Under the pieces are notes generated by a model. The model searched no databases. It was given only the letters and a program-made list of their open reading frames with translations, and was not told the origin of the DNA. From contig DDTQ01000011.1 of the NCBI GenBank assembly GCA_002344125.1, positions 1,052,463 to 1,116,462 on the forward strand: DNA of 64,000 nucleotides, written 5' to 3'. Within the stretch, counting starts at the first letter, position 1. Each line of letters starts with the position of its first letter. Both the position numbers and the translations under genes were made by a program. Below, in pieces: positions 1 through 9,509 of the stretch. Origin of the DNA: Ignavibacteria bacterium UBA2360. GTDB lineage: Bacteria > Bacteroidota > Ignavibacteria > Tepidaquicellales > OLB5.

Positions 1-597
1 TCCGGTAAACGAAAGAATTATGAGCTTATTAAAGAAATAACCGAAAACGTCGGTGTTCCAATACAGCTCGGAGGAGGTATCAGGACATTTGAAATCGCAA
101 ATCAGCTGATCCGTGAACTGGGTGTTTACAGGATCGTTATCGGTACATCTGCAATTGATAATATTGATCTCATAAAGAAGCTTATTGATGAATTCGGAAA
201 AAGCAAAGTTGCTATAAGTGTTGATGTAAGGAATGGCTACCTGGTTAAAGATGGATGGGGCAACGTAACAAATATTCATGCTCTTGAATTCGCTCTGGGA
301 ATGAAGAAGCTTGGCGTTGAGAGAATAATCTACCAGGATGTAGCAAGAGTTGGTACTTTAACCGGACTCGATGTTGAAGGATTGAAACAGATTGCTTCTG
401 AAACCGGACTGAAAGTAACCGCAGCCGGAGGAGTTTCCAACTATTCAGATCTTAGAAAAATCCAGGACCTTGAAAGATTCGGGGTTGATTCAGTTATGAT
501 GAGCCGCGCCCTTTATGAAAATAAATTCCCGTGCCAGGCTATCTGGCGCGAACAGGAAAAGATTGATACTTCACTCGAATTACCGAAGGTAAAATAA
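1..597 (+). CDS. hisA: HisA-like ProFAR isomerase, 5'-truncated by the window edge
   Basis: Frame 1 is open from nt 1. Translation ...GVPIQLGGGIRT...RIVIGTSA...ERIIYQDVARVGTLTG...AAGGVS... fits the HisA/HisF (beta/alpha)8 phosphate-binding motifs. Confidence 0.8.
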   Translation, partial: SGKRKNYELIKEITENVGVPIQLGGGIRTFEIANQLIRELGVYRIVIGTSAIDNIDLIKKLIDEFGKSKVAISVDVRNGYLVKDGWGNVTNIHALEFALGMKKLGVERIIYQDVARVGTLTGLDVEGLKQIASETGLKVTAAGGVSNYSDLRKIQDLERFGVDSVMMSRALYENKFPCQAIWREQEKIDTSLELPKVK

Positions 598-614
598 GTA
601 TCAATTTTTTTTAC

Positions 615-650
615 TTGACATACATAGAAATGCTATGTATATTTACATAG
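615..650 (+). promoter_or_regulatory. Sigma70-like promoter (TTGACA-17 nt-TATATT) overlapped by nested palindromes; candidate PadR operator
   Basis: TTGACA at 615-620 and TATATT at 638-643. TACATAG-AAATG-CTATGTA spans 621-639 and CTATGTA-TATT-TACATAG spans 633-650, about 30 nt upstream of the PadR ORF. Confidence 0.5.
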
Positions 651-680
651 AAGTTCAATGTATAATTCAAAAATATTTCA

Positions 681-1019
681 ATGTTATCAAAAGATCTTGT
701 TGCAGCTTCGTCAAAGCCGTTAATACTTTCAATATTATTGTATAAGGAAAGTTACGGTTATGAAATTATCCAAACCGTCAAAAAGTTATCGGGTGGTAGT
801 ATGGAATGGACTGATGGAATGCTGTATCCGATACTTCACAGACTTGAAGCTCAGGAACTGATAGAATCAACATGGAAAACCTCGGAAGAGGGAAGAAAAA
901 GAAAATATTACCGGATCAGAAAAGAAGGTAAAACTGCACTGGCTGGAGAACAAAAACAATGGAGCCTTGTTAATTCAACTCTAAATAGAATTTGGGAGGA
1001 TAAATCATGTTTGACCTGA
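681..1019 (+). CDS. PadR-family transcriptional regulator
   Basis: Winged-helix signature ...YGYEIIQ...W..TDGMLYPILHRLEAQELIES.W......RKRKYYRIRKEG; 112 aa. Confidence 0.9.
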   Translation: MLSKDLVAASSKPLILSILLYKESYGYEIIQTVKKLSGGSMEWTDGMLYPILHRLEAQELIESTWKTSEEGRKRKYYRIRKEGKTALAGEQKQWSLVNSTLNRIWEDKSCLT

Positions 1020-1738
1020 ATAAAAGTATTTCTGAATGGAAGAACGCTTTTAAAAATAAAGAATCTTTTTCAAGTGAGAATATTGATGAACTCGAGAGTC
1101 ATCTAGTTGTTCAAATAACAGAATTAAAAGATACAGGTTTAAGTGATGAAGAAGCATATTGGGTCGCTCAGAAAAGGATTGGTACAATAGATTCTTTATA
1201 TGTAGAATTTACCAAGATTAACAAACTGAATATTTTGAAGAAAAAGATATATTGGATGTTAACAGGTATTGCAGGGATGTTAATGTACATATTTTTTGTT
1301 AACTCATCATATTATATTTTTGTTAGCATTTGTATGCTGTTGAATATTGATCCGGTTTCTTTTACCATTATATATAATTCGTTTAATGAAGTTGTTATAA
1401 TTTTCGGTGGCATATTCATACTGTGGATAATGTCATCTAAAAAAAGTAAACTATTTGATAAGTACTATTTTAATAATCTCAACAAAGTTAATTTATCAAA
1501 ATTCATAGTTATTGGTGCATTAACATTTGTTTTGAGCAGTATTTTTTATTTTTATTATTCTTATGAATTAAGCACTGATGTTAACCGGTGGATATCAAAT
1601 TCAGATTCATTAAACGAATTCAAAGAACTGAATAAAATACTTAATCCATTGCAATTTATTTTTAATTCATTCTTGATTTTAGTTGTTTATTATTATTCTT
1701 TTGTTAATAAAAGAAAATTAGAAATATCACGGCAATAA
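1007..1738 (+). CDS. Membrane protein with a soluble N-terminal helical domain, co-transcribed with PadR
   Basis: Overlaps the PadR stop by 13 nt. The N-terminus ...DELESHL...EEAYWVAQKRIG resembles the permease-prefix domains usually paired with PadR, followed by several hydrophobic segments. Confidence 0.6.
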   Translation: MFDLNKSISEWKNAFKNKESFSSENIDELESHLVVQITELKDTGLSDEEAYWVAQKRIGTIDSLYVEFTKINKLNILKKKIYWMLTGIAGMLMYIFFVNSSYYIFVSICMLLNIDPVSFTIIYNSFNEVVIIFGGIFILWIMSSKKSKLFDKYYFNNLNKVNLSKFIVIGALTFVLSSIFYFYYSYELSTDVNRWISNSDSLNEFKELNKILNPLQFIFNSFLILVVYYYSFVNKRKLEISRQ

Positions 1739-1816
1739 TTTTGTTTATTTCATATAAAATTTTTGATGTAAAAAACGTGTAATCTTTTACACCTGTTATA
1801 CATTCATTAAAACCCT

Positions 1817-1824
1817 TATCTTTG
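1817..1824 (+). promoter_or_regulatory. Possible Bacteroidetes-type -7 box (TAnnTTTG)
   Basis: TATCTTTG lies 23 nt upstream of the hutU ATG. No convincing -33 element was seen. Confidence 0.3.
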
Positions 1825-1846
1825 TAACTTAATCCTATTTATTACT

Positions 1847-3499
1847 ATGTCAAAACGAATAATAAAGTCTCCAACCGGCTCTGAGCTATCCTGTAAGAAC
1901 TGGATATCAGAAGCCGCTATGCGTATGTTAATGAACAATTTAGATCCCGAGGTAGCCGAACGCCCGGATGACCTAGTTGTATATGGCGGCGGCGGCAAAG
2001 CCGCCAGGAATTGGGAATGTTACGATGCAATTATAGATTCACTTAAAAAGCTAAATGATGATGAAACCCTGCTTGTTCAGTCAGGTAAACCGGTTGCAGT
2101 TTTTAAAACGCATACAAATGCCCCCAAAGTAATTATATCAAATGCGCAGCTAGTACCTGCCTGGGCTAACTGGGATGAATTCCGCAGACTTGATGCCATA
2201 GGACTCACAATGTATGGCCAAATGACAGCAGGCTCATGGATATATATCGGTTCGCAGGGAATACTGCAGGGTACCTACGAGACTTTCTCAGCATGCGCAG
2301 ATAAACATTTTAACAGTGATCTTTCCGGCAGATTCATTCTTACCGCCGGTTTGGGGGGTATGGGCGGAGCACAGCCGCTTGCTGCCACAATGAACGGTGC
2401 AGTGATACTAGGGATTGACGTTGATAAAACAAGGATACAAAAAAGAATTGATACAGGTTACTGCGATGTTATCACTGAAGATATTGATGAAGCTATAAAA
2501 TTAGTGCAGGAAGCTAAGAAGAATAAAGAAGCTAAATCTGTTGGACTTGTAGGCAATGCAGGCGATGTTTTGCCTGAACTGCTTAAGAGAAATATCATTC
2601 CTGATATTGTCACCGACCAGACTTCAGCGCACGATATGCTGAACGGCTATGTACCAATGGGAATGTCATTTGAAGAGGCACTGGAACTCAGAAAATCTGA
2701 CCCCGAAAAATATATTAAGCTTTCAAGGGATACAGTTGTTGTTCATTGTAAGGCAATGCATGATTTCCTCAAAACAGGTTCGATTGTATTTGATTATGGC
2801 AACAACATCCGCGGCGAAGCGTTAAATCACGGTTTCAAGGAGGCATTTGAAATCCCGGGCTTTGTACCTGAATATATCCGTCCTTTATTCTGCGATGGCA
2901 AAGGTCCTTTTCGCTGGGCAGCACTCAGCGGTGATCCCAATGATATATTCGTAACTGATGAATATGTGCTTAAAACTTTCCCTGAAAATAAAGCGCTTGC
3001 AAGATGGATAAAAAAAGCTCAGGAAAAAGTGCATTTCCAGGGGCTGCCGGCAAGAATCTGCTGGCTGGGTTACGGTGAACGCGCAAAGATGGGTAAGATA
3101 TTCAATGAACTTGTCCGCGATGGTAAAGTAAAAGCACCGATTGTAATAGGGCGTGACCACCTCGATTGCGGCAGCGTAGCTTCGCCTAACCGCGAAACCG
3201 AAAAAATGAAAGATGGAAGTGACGCAATTGCAGACTGGCCAATTTTGAACTTTGCGTTAAACGCCGTAGGCGGCGCAAGCTGGGTTTCCCTGCATCATGG
3301 CGGGGGAGTGGGTATAGGGCTTTCTATACATAGTGGTATGGTAGTTGTAGCAGATGGAACCAAAGAAGCCGAAGAACGATTGGAAAGAGTGTTGACATAC
3401 GACCCCGGAATGGGTATAGTACGTCATGCTGATGCAGGATATGAGCAGGCGATTGAAAATGAAAAGAAATTCGGTATAAAAATGCCTATGATTAAATAG
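1847..3499 (+). CDS. hutU: Urocanate hydratase
   Basis: 550 aa with a full-length urocanase-like sequence (…[14 protein letters not shown]…, [15 protein letters not shown]-binding loop). Confidence 0.95.
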   Translation: MSKRIIKSPTGSELSCKNWISEAAMRMLMNNLDPEVAERPDDLVVYGGGGKAARNWECYDAIIDSLKKLNDDETLLVQSGKPVAVFKTHTNAPKVIISNAQLVPAWANWDEFRRLDAIGLTMYGQMTAGSWIYIGSQGILQGTYETFSACADKHFNSDLSGRFILTAGLGGMGGAQPLAATMNGAVILGIDVDKTRIQKRIDTGYCDVITEDIDEAIKLVQEAKKNKEAKSVGLVGNAGDVLPELLKRNIIPDIVTDQTSAHDMLNGYVPMGMSFEEALELRKSDPEKYIKLSRDTVVVHCKAMHDFLKTGSIVFDYGNNIRGEALNHGFKEAFEIPGFVPEYIRPLFCDGKGPFRWAALSGDPNDIFVTDEYVLKTFPENKALARWIKKAQEKVHFQGLPARICWLGYGERAKMGKIFNELVRDGKVKAPIVIGRDHLDCGSVASPNRETEKMKDGSDAIADWPILNFALNAVGGASWVSLHHGGGVGIGLSIHSGMVVVADGTKEAEERLERVLTYDPGMGIVRHADAGYEQAIENEKKFGIKMPMIK

Positions 3500-3525
3500 T
3501 ATTTAATAACAGAAATTCTTCAGGT

Positions 3526-3825
3526 ATGAATGAATTGAACAAAGAAAAAATCATCAGTATTCTAAAAGAACAAATTACTTTTCTTAATGAGAGGTATCAT
3601 TTGAGGAAAATTGGATTATTTGGTTCGTATGCTGTAGAATCTCAAACTGAAAGCAGCGATATTGATCTTATAGTGGATTTTGATAAACCCATAGGTTTAG
3701 ATTTTGTTGAACTGGGTGACTATCTTGAAAATCTTCTGAACAAAAAGGTTGATCTGATTACTTTTGAAGGTTTGAAAAACAGCAATCTGAATTTAAAGAC
3801 TAACCAAATTATTTATGTCAATTAG
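3526..3825 (+). CDS. mntA: MntA-type minimal nucleotidyltransferase (antitoxin of a HEPN/MNT pair)
   Basis: GLFGSYA...SDIDLIVDF is the GS...DxD nucleotidyltransferase motif; 99 aa; overlaps the next ORF by 11 nt. Confidence 0.85.
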   Translation: MNELNKEKIISILKEQITFLNERYHLRKIGLFGSYAVESQTESSDIDLIVDFDKPIGLDFVELGDYLENLLNKKVDLITFEGLKNSNLNLKTNQIIYVN

Positions 3826-4147
3826 GCACGATAGAGATCTCTTAGAAGATATAATTTCTTCGATTGAAAAGATAGAATCCTATTGCGAAGAGCTCAATTA
3901 TTCGGAATTCTTAAACGACTCCAAAACTCAGGATGCAATAATCAGGAATAAAGAAATTATTGGAGAAGCTGTTAGCAGAGTATCAATTGAACTGAAAGAT
4001 AACCATCCTGAAATACCCTGGAATAACATCAAAGGAACAAGAAACCGACTTATTCATGACTATTCAGGAGTAAATCTTGATATCTTGTGGAATATAGTAA
4101 AAGATGATTTGCCTGACCTTTATCTAAAGATTACTAAGATAAAATAG
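3815..4147 (+). CDS. hepT: HepT / DUF86 HEPN-domain toxin
   Basis: HEPN Rx4-6H motif RNRLIHDY near the C-terminus; 110 aa; paired with the upstream MNT gene. Confidence 0.85.
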   Translation: MSIRHDRDLLEDIISSIEKIESYCEELNYSEFLNDSKTQDAIIRNKEIIGEAVSRVSIELKDNHPEIPWNNIKGTRNRLIHDYSGVNLDILWNIVKDDLPDLYLKITKIK

Positions 4148-4148
4148 A

Positions 4149-5390
4149 ATGAAAAAATTTGATATACCCATATATTACCGCAGCCCTGTAATTTCTGTTG
4201 TTAAGAATGCGCGGAAGATCACTGATCCACGCAAGAAGGATTACACTCCTTCTGTGCTTGATTTCGGTCCCGTAAAATTTTTAATTGCCCGGCATTTTGG
4301 TTTCTGCTACGGCGTTGAAAACGCCATCGAGATAGCGTATAAGTCACTCGAGCAGAATCCCGGGAAAAGGGTTTTTTTGCTGAGCGAAATGATACATAAT
4401 CCAAGTGTAAACTCAGATCTCAGCCAAAGGGGAGTGAGGTTCCTTCGTGAACATAACGGCAAGCAGCTCATTCCATGGGAGGAGCTTAATTCTGATGACA
4501 TCGTGATTGTACCGGCATTTGGTACTACACTTGAAATTCAGGAACTGCTTGCCAACAGGGGAATTGATCCTTACAAGTATGATACAACATGCCCTTTTGT
4601 TGAAAAAGTCTGGAACCGCGCCGAAGCGCTTGGCAAAAAGAGTTATACAATCATTGTTCATGGTAAATACAACCACGAAGAAACAATTGCAACTTTTTCT
4701 CATTCAAAGCAGAATTCACCCACTTTAATTGTAAGGAACATAGAAGAAACAAAAATGCTTCGTGATATTATCCTCGGCAAAATTCCCGCAGATGAATTTT
4801 ATACGCTCTTTGAAGGTAAATATTCCGATGGTTTTGATGTAGTGCGCGACCTGGATCATGTGGGAGTTGTAAATCAAACCACAATGTTAGCTACCGAAAC
4901 CCAGGCGATAGCGGATATGATAAGAACAGCTATGGCTGAAAAGTACGGTGATGAAAAAATAAAAGAACATTTTGCTGATACAAGCGATACCCTTTGCTAC
5001 GCTACTTACGATAACCAGCAGGCTACATTGGGACTGCTGAACAGCAACGCTGATTTTGCAATTGTAGTTGGTGGCTACAACAGCTCTAATACTTCACATA
5101 TAGTTGAACTATGCGAAGAGAAGTTACCGGTTTATTTTATTTCAGGCGCTGAAAAAATAATTTCCGAAGAGGCTATCAGCCATTTTAATATACATACCAG
5201 CGAAGAAGTAATGACAGAAAACTGGCTGAAAAGGTCAATGGCTAAACCGGTTGAAATTATCTTAACCAGCGGGGCATCCTGCCCCGATGCGATACTGGAT
5301 GAGGTATTGCAGAAAATAGTTGCCTTCTTTCCCGGTGCTCAGTCTATAGAAAACGCATTGCTTCCCTTTAAGATCGATACGCTGAATTAA
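4149..5390 (+). CDS. ispH: 4-hydroxy-3-methylbut-2-enyl diphosphate reductase (long form)
   Basis: Three cluster cysteines in the contexts GFCYGV, TTCPFV and DTLCYAT; also VNQTT and GGYNSSNTSH motifs; 413 aa. Confidence 0.9.
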   Translation: MKKFDIPIYYRSPVISVVKNARKITDPRKKDYTPSVLDFGPVKFLIARHFGFCYGVENAIEIAYKSLEQNPGKRVFLLSEMIHNPSVNSDLSQRGVRFLREHNGKQLIPWEELNSDDIVIVPAFGTTLEIQELLANRGIDPYKYDTTCPFVEKVWNRAEALGKKSYTIIVHGKYNHEETIATFSHSKQNSPTLIVRNIEETKMLRDIILGKIPADEFYTLFEGKYSDGFDVVRDLDHVGVVNQTTMLATETQAIADMIRTAMAEKYGDEKIKEHFADTSDTLCYATYDNQQATLGLLNSNADFAIVVGGYNSSNTSHIVELCEEKLPVYFISGAEKIISEEAISHFNIHTSEEVMTENWLKRSMAKPVEIILTSGASCPDAILDEVLQKIVAFFPGAQSIENALLPFKIDTLN

Positions 5391-5405
5391 AGAAATGTTC
5401 ACTAT

Positions 5406-5963
5406 TCATTCAATAGCTTCATTCAGAAGCACGTAGTGCAAATGATCTTCCCATACACCATTTATCTTTAGATATTTCTTAGAAATGCCTTCACAAAGAA
5501 AACCTGCTTTTTCAATTGTTTTTATTGATGCGGTGTTTCGCGGAATTATATTCGCTTCAATTCTGTGAAGCTTCCTTTGGCCGAACATAAACTCACAACC
5601 CGCTTTCACGGCTTCAGTGCCGTAACCTTTGTTTATCTCAACTTTATCTATCCTGTAACCTAAAAAGCAGGATAAGAACGGACCTGCCACAATATTTGAA
5701 AACACAACCGAGCCCATCATTTTTTCAGCTGAATTCTTCAAAAATACACCGAACTGAACCAGCGTTCCTTTGATAATATCAGATTCAATATTCACAAGAT
5801 TACTTCTGTGGAAGTTAATATCAAAATAGTCTTTGGAGTATTCAGGACTCCACTGTTTAAAGAACTCTGCGTTGCGCGTTCGGAACCCAAACAGCTCTTC
5901 GGCATCACTAATTGTTAGTGAGCGAAGTATCAGTCTCTCCGATTCAGTTTTTGGCAGCTCCAA
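5406..5963 (-). CDS. GNAT N-acetyltransferase (RimJ/RimL-like)
   Basis: N-terminal ...TERLILRSLT..DAEELF... and a C-terminal acetyl-CoA fold ...GYGTEA...H.IEANIIPRN.ASIK..EKAGF..EG. Confidence 0.8.
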   Translation of the reverse strand: MELPKTESERLILRSLTISDAEELFGFRTRNAEFFKQWSPEYSKDYFDINFHRSNLVNIESDIIKGTLVQFGVFLKNSAEKMMGSVVFSNIVAGPFLSCFLGYRIDKVEINKGYGTEAVKAGCEFMFGQRKLHRIEANIIPRNTASIKTIEKAGFLCEGISKKYLKINGVWEDHLHYVLLNEAIE

Positions 5964-5964
5964 A

Positions 5965-6690
5965 TTACTTGTTGAATTTCAGAATTTGTTTTAGTGAAAG
6001 TATATGCATAAGGTATGCAAAAGGTACAATGAATGCCGGCACCCATACGAACGGGAAGTACGCAACAGCGGTATTTGCAGGCTCGTTAAAGAACAGACGC
6101 ATTGGCCCGGGCGTTGAAAGCAATGCTACAATAAAGATATTTGTGACCAGAAGAATACCCGCCATATTCCATAGTACGGCAGTTATTCGCGGCCATTTAT
6201 TTTGCGAAAGGCAGTAATAGCCTATCAGCGGAGCGCTTAGCCCCGTCAGTATATCATAATTTACACCCTCAAATGTCATTTGTAATGGAATTACATTCCT
6301 GATAAACATCAACCAAAGCAGAATTTCCATCAGTATTCTGAAAGACTGTATGTATACCAGCCACGATGATGGTATTTCCTTAATTAACGCATTCACCCTT
6401 GTTGAACTGCTAAGATAACTTATTGCGAGTACAGGAGGAATGATTATGATCATTAATTTCGGAGGTGTGGAAGTAAAATCAAGCAATGTGCCGTTTATTG
6501 CTACAAGCGCGGAAGTAACTAGCCATCCTGCCAATATGAGTGTTGTAAGCGCGTAATACTTTTTCTTTTTAACTTCTGATGCGCCCATTGCTGTAAGGGA
6601 AAATTTCAGAGAAAAAAATATGAACGCTATTATGATGGCCGCTATAAGATATAATAAAGCATCAATATATAATGGTATAACGGGATTCAT
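5965..6690 (-). CDS. Polytopic membrane protein, function unknown
   Basis: 241 aa with about 7 hydrophobic segments. Overlaps the upstream gene by 4 nt and sits 1 nt from the downstream gene. Confidence 0.6.
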   Translation of the reverse strand: MNPVIPLYIDALLYLIAAIIIAFIFFSLKFSLTAMGASEVKKKKYYALTTLILAGWLVTSALVAINGTLLDFTSTPPKLMIIIIPPVLAISYLSSSTRVNALIKEIPSSWLVYIQSFRILMEILLWLMFIRNVIPLQMTFEGVNYDILTGLSAPLIGYYCLSQNKWPRITAVLWNMAGILLVTNIFIVALLSTPGPMRLFFNEPANTAVAYFPFVWVPAFIVPFAYLMHILSLKQILKFNK

Positions 6691-7061
6691 ATAATCTCCG
6701 GAATTTCATTCACTGAAAAATTCACGGGTAACCCTTTTGATTCAATTAAGCCGCGTTCAAAATCTGCCCCCGGCGATGAACCTATCATTAATATTGCGTC
6801 GCATCTTTCAACAATTGCAAATGAAATATCAGAAATAACTCTTCCTCTTTCTATTTCCGGCAATTCATCTGCCACAAAAAGCGATGCGTTCACCCCTATA
6901 ACGGGTATGTGACCCTTACGGTAAACTTCAGCGGCTGCAATATTCATGGCCTTCAGATTTGCCGCCTTTTGTTCATTTGTGTTGGCACTGTACGGACCCG
7001 CTACGACTATCAGCATATATTTATTTTGAGTATTTGCCCGGGCAGATAAAACTGATCTCAC
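6687..7061 (-). CDS. DUF4406 / nucleoside 2-deoxyribosyltransferase-like small protein
   Basis: Rossmann-like MLIVVAGPYS... and ...CDAILMIGSSPGADFE... resemble the DUF4406 pattern. The real start may be the internal Met at about 7016. Confidence 0.45.
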   Translation of the reverse strand: MRSVLSARANTQNKYMLIVVAGPYSANTNEQKAANLKAMNIAAAEVYRKGHIPVIGVNASLFVADELPEIERGRVISDISFAIVERCDAILMIGSSPGADFERGLIESKGLPVNFSVNEIPEII

Positions 7062-7726
7062 TAAATATTTAGTTTATTGAATTCATCTTCAGTGAAATCC
7101 TTAAGGGATCTGAACCTTATATCTGCAATTGCGAATTTTGGATTGTAAAAATTTGTTTTTTCAGGATACGCTGCCGTTTTCATTCTTGCCGCAACCGCCG
7201 AAACCACTCCGTTAAAGGAATCTTCAATAGCCAGGCAATCCTGAGGTTCAACACCCAGCTTTTTAGCCGTAGAAATATAGATCGCCGGATGCGGTTTGCC
7301 GAATTCTTCATATTCCGCTGAATGTATCACCTTGAAATAATCAGCAATGCCGAATTTATTCATAACGGCGTCAATTATCTTTCTATCACTTGATGAGGCT
7401 ATTGCCATAGGCAGATTTTTTGAGGCGAACATTTTCAAAAGTTCTTCAATTCCCGGGTTGATAACACTTTTTTGTTTTATCAATGTTATCAATGAGGTTA
7501 CAATTGTTTCCCCCACTTTTTCAAGGGGGTCTCTGGCGGTATCCCATGGATATTTTTCATTCCACAACTTAACTACATCAACAAGGCGCATGCCTGTAGT
7601 TGTTTCACACATTTCTTCGGTTAACGGTACCCCTAAGGAATTGAATATTTTTATTTCCGCTTCCTTCCACAAGGGCTCGGAATCAAGTATTACGCCGTCC
7701 ATATCAAATATTACTGCTTTTATCAT
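7061..7726 (-). CDS. HAD-superfamily sugar phosphatase (HxpB/YniC-like)
   Basis: HAD motif I FDMDGVILDSEPLW, motif II ...AIASSS..., motif IV ...IEDSFNGV.... Confidence 0.85.
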   Translation of the reverse strand: MIKAVIFDMDGVILDSEPLWKEAEIKIFNSLGVPLTEEMCETTTGMRLVDVVKLWNEKYPWDTARDPLEKVGETIVTSLITLIKQKSVINPGIEELLKMFASKNLPMAIASSSDRKIIDAVMNKFGIADYFKVIHSAEYEEFGKPHPAIYISTAKKLGVEPQDCLAIEDSFNGVVSAVAARMKTAAYPEKTNFYNPKFAIADIRFRSLKDFTEDEFNKLNI

Positions 7727-7751
7727 ATCAAAAGTTTTCTCTTTGTGTTAT

Positions 7752-8612
7752 TTACATTTCCCTGAAGTAGGTGTACCACATTGGGATCCACTTACCTTCA
7801 ATGTTGATATACAGTCTTGTCACAACTTCAATTATTTTGCTGTCCTGCACTTCATTGTACCAGAATGCATCAAGGATCTTATCATTATCCAGGTCTATTC
7901 CTGTCCCTTCGATATTCTTGCCTTTGGAGGTTTCAAGCTCTTCCCTGCGTGATGAAGCCTCAAGGTTATAAGGGAGTTCATATGTCATTTCATCCAGGGG
8001 CAGAATTGAAAATACCATGATCGGGTTCTTCAAAATATAAGCCAGGTCCTCGTGCTGCTCATCGGTGTAGTTTATCCTGAGCGGTGTCTGTTTCGGGAAT
8101 ATGTACGGATACTTGGGTGAGTAATCCAGTTTATTGCTGCACTCCCAGTATTCAGTGTAAGTATCAAATGTAGTTTCAAACACCGTGTTGTTCTCGAATA
8201 TTTTATATCCAATTGGATTGTTCCATCTCACAAGCCGCAATTTTTCCTGATTCACAAAGTATGTCATGGAATCAACCACCCTGTTTTGGAGGTTTTGTTT
8301 ATTGGTCTTATACCGCATGAACTTCAGCATGCTGTAATCGCAATCTTCAATGTAAAGGTAAGTGGAATCAATGTGCGTTAAGAAAATATAGAGGTTCTTT
8401 GTGTTCTCATGTGTAAAGATTGAAGGTTTGGTCTTTTTGAATTTTGTGTTATTTTTCACCTCATGCAGTTTTGATGCCACAGGGTACATGTCATCCTTAC
8501 ATATAACTTCAATCTTTTCAGCAAGCGGCTGCTGCAGTGATTCATCTCCTTCCGGGAATGTCAGCGGCATCCCCATTTGTACAATAAGCGTAATTATTTT
8601 GAGTATTCCCAT
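7752..8612 (-). CDS. Hypothetical protein
   Basis: A 286-aa ORF at the head of a tightly packed minus-strand gene string. I recognise no motif. Confidence 0.5.
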   Translation of the reverse strand: MGILKIITLIVQMGMPLTFPEGDESLQQPLAEKIEVICKDDMYPVASKLHEVKNNTKFKKTKPSIFTHENTKNLYIFLTHIDSTYLYIEDCDYSMLKFMRYKTNKQNLQNRVVDSMTYFVNQEKLRLVRWNNPIGYKIFENNTVFETTFDTYTEYWECSNKLDYSPKYPYIFPKQTPLRINYTDEQHEDLAYILKNPIMVFSILPLDEMTYELPYNLEASSRREELETSKGKNIEGTGIDLDNDKILDAFWYNEVQDSKIIEVVTRLYINIEGKWIPMWYTYFREM

Positions 8613-8756
8613 AATTTTCTCTTAAATTAGAACTCAAATATAGGAAAGTTTTTAATTTATCTAATACCTATTCTTTTTCTCTATGAAATAGTGCATTTCT
8701 CCACTGCTTCTAACCTGCTTTTTAAGTATTTTTGTGGTTTACAATAAGGAGCAAAT

Positions 8757-9488
8757 TTGCAGGCAATAATTTTAGCGGCGGGTATGGCAAAACGGCTTCG
8801 CCCGCTTACAGATGAAACACCAAAGTGTCTATTGAAGGTCGGCGGTAAAACCCTGCTTGAAATGACTATTAATAATATCCTCAAAAACGGGGTAAATAGC
8901 TTTGTTATGGTCACCGGTTACAGAGAAAACATGATAAAAGATCACATCTCTGAAAAATTCCCGGGGCTCGATATTACATACTTAACCAACAGCGACTACG
9001 AAAATAACAATAACAGCTATTCCCTTTGGATGACCAAAAATTATATAAAAGGAGATTCCATTCTGCTTGATAGCGATATTTTGTTCGATTACCGAATAAT
9101 TTCGAAGCTTTTTGAATTTCCGCACACAGATTGCCTTGCCGTAAAACGGGGGCATACACTCAGCGAAGAGGAGATTAAAGTTATAATTGATAGTGCCAAC
9201 AAAATTGAGCATATTGGTAAACATTTGGATATAAGAGCATCTTACGGTGAATCAATCGGCATAGAAAGATTTTCATTTGGTTTCTTCACTAAGCTTGGCG
9301 AAGTGCTTGAAAGAAAAATAGTAATAGAAAATAATGTAAATGAATTCTATGAAGCATCGTTCCAGGAGCTATACGATAAGGGGAACGCTATGTATGCTGT
9401 TGATGTTTCAGAATATAAATGCATGGAAATTGACTTTCCTGAAGACCTTGCCAGGGCACAGGATGAAGTAAAAGATCTGGCAGAGTAA
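8757..9488 (+). CDS. Sugar-phosphate / phosphocholine nucleotidyltransferase (LicC-like NTP-transferase fold)
   Basis: N-terminal AIILAAGMAKRLRPLTDETPKCLL signature. TTG start preceded by TAAGGAG 7 nt upstream. Confidence 0.8.
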   Translation: MQAIILAAGMAKRLRPLTDETPKCLLKVGGKTLLEMTINNILKNGVNSFVMVTGYRENMIKDHISEKFPGLDITYLTNSDYENNNNSYSLWMTKNYIKGDSILLDSDILFDYRIISKLFEFPHTDCLAVKRGHTLSEEEIKVIIDSANKIEHIGKHLDIRASYGESIGIERFSFGFFTKLGEVLERKIVIENNVNEFYEASFQELYDKGNAMYAVDVSEYKCMEIDFPEDLARAQDEVKDLAE

Positions 9489-9509
9489 GAAATACACATA
9501 AGTTAATTA

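Noticed and set aside
1-3499. hisA and hutU as parts of one histidine operon
   Set aside because: They belong to opposite pathways (biosynthesis versus degradation). A PadR unit with its own promoter separates them, and no other his or hut genes are adjacent.
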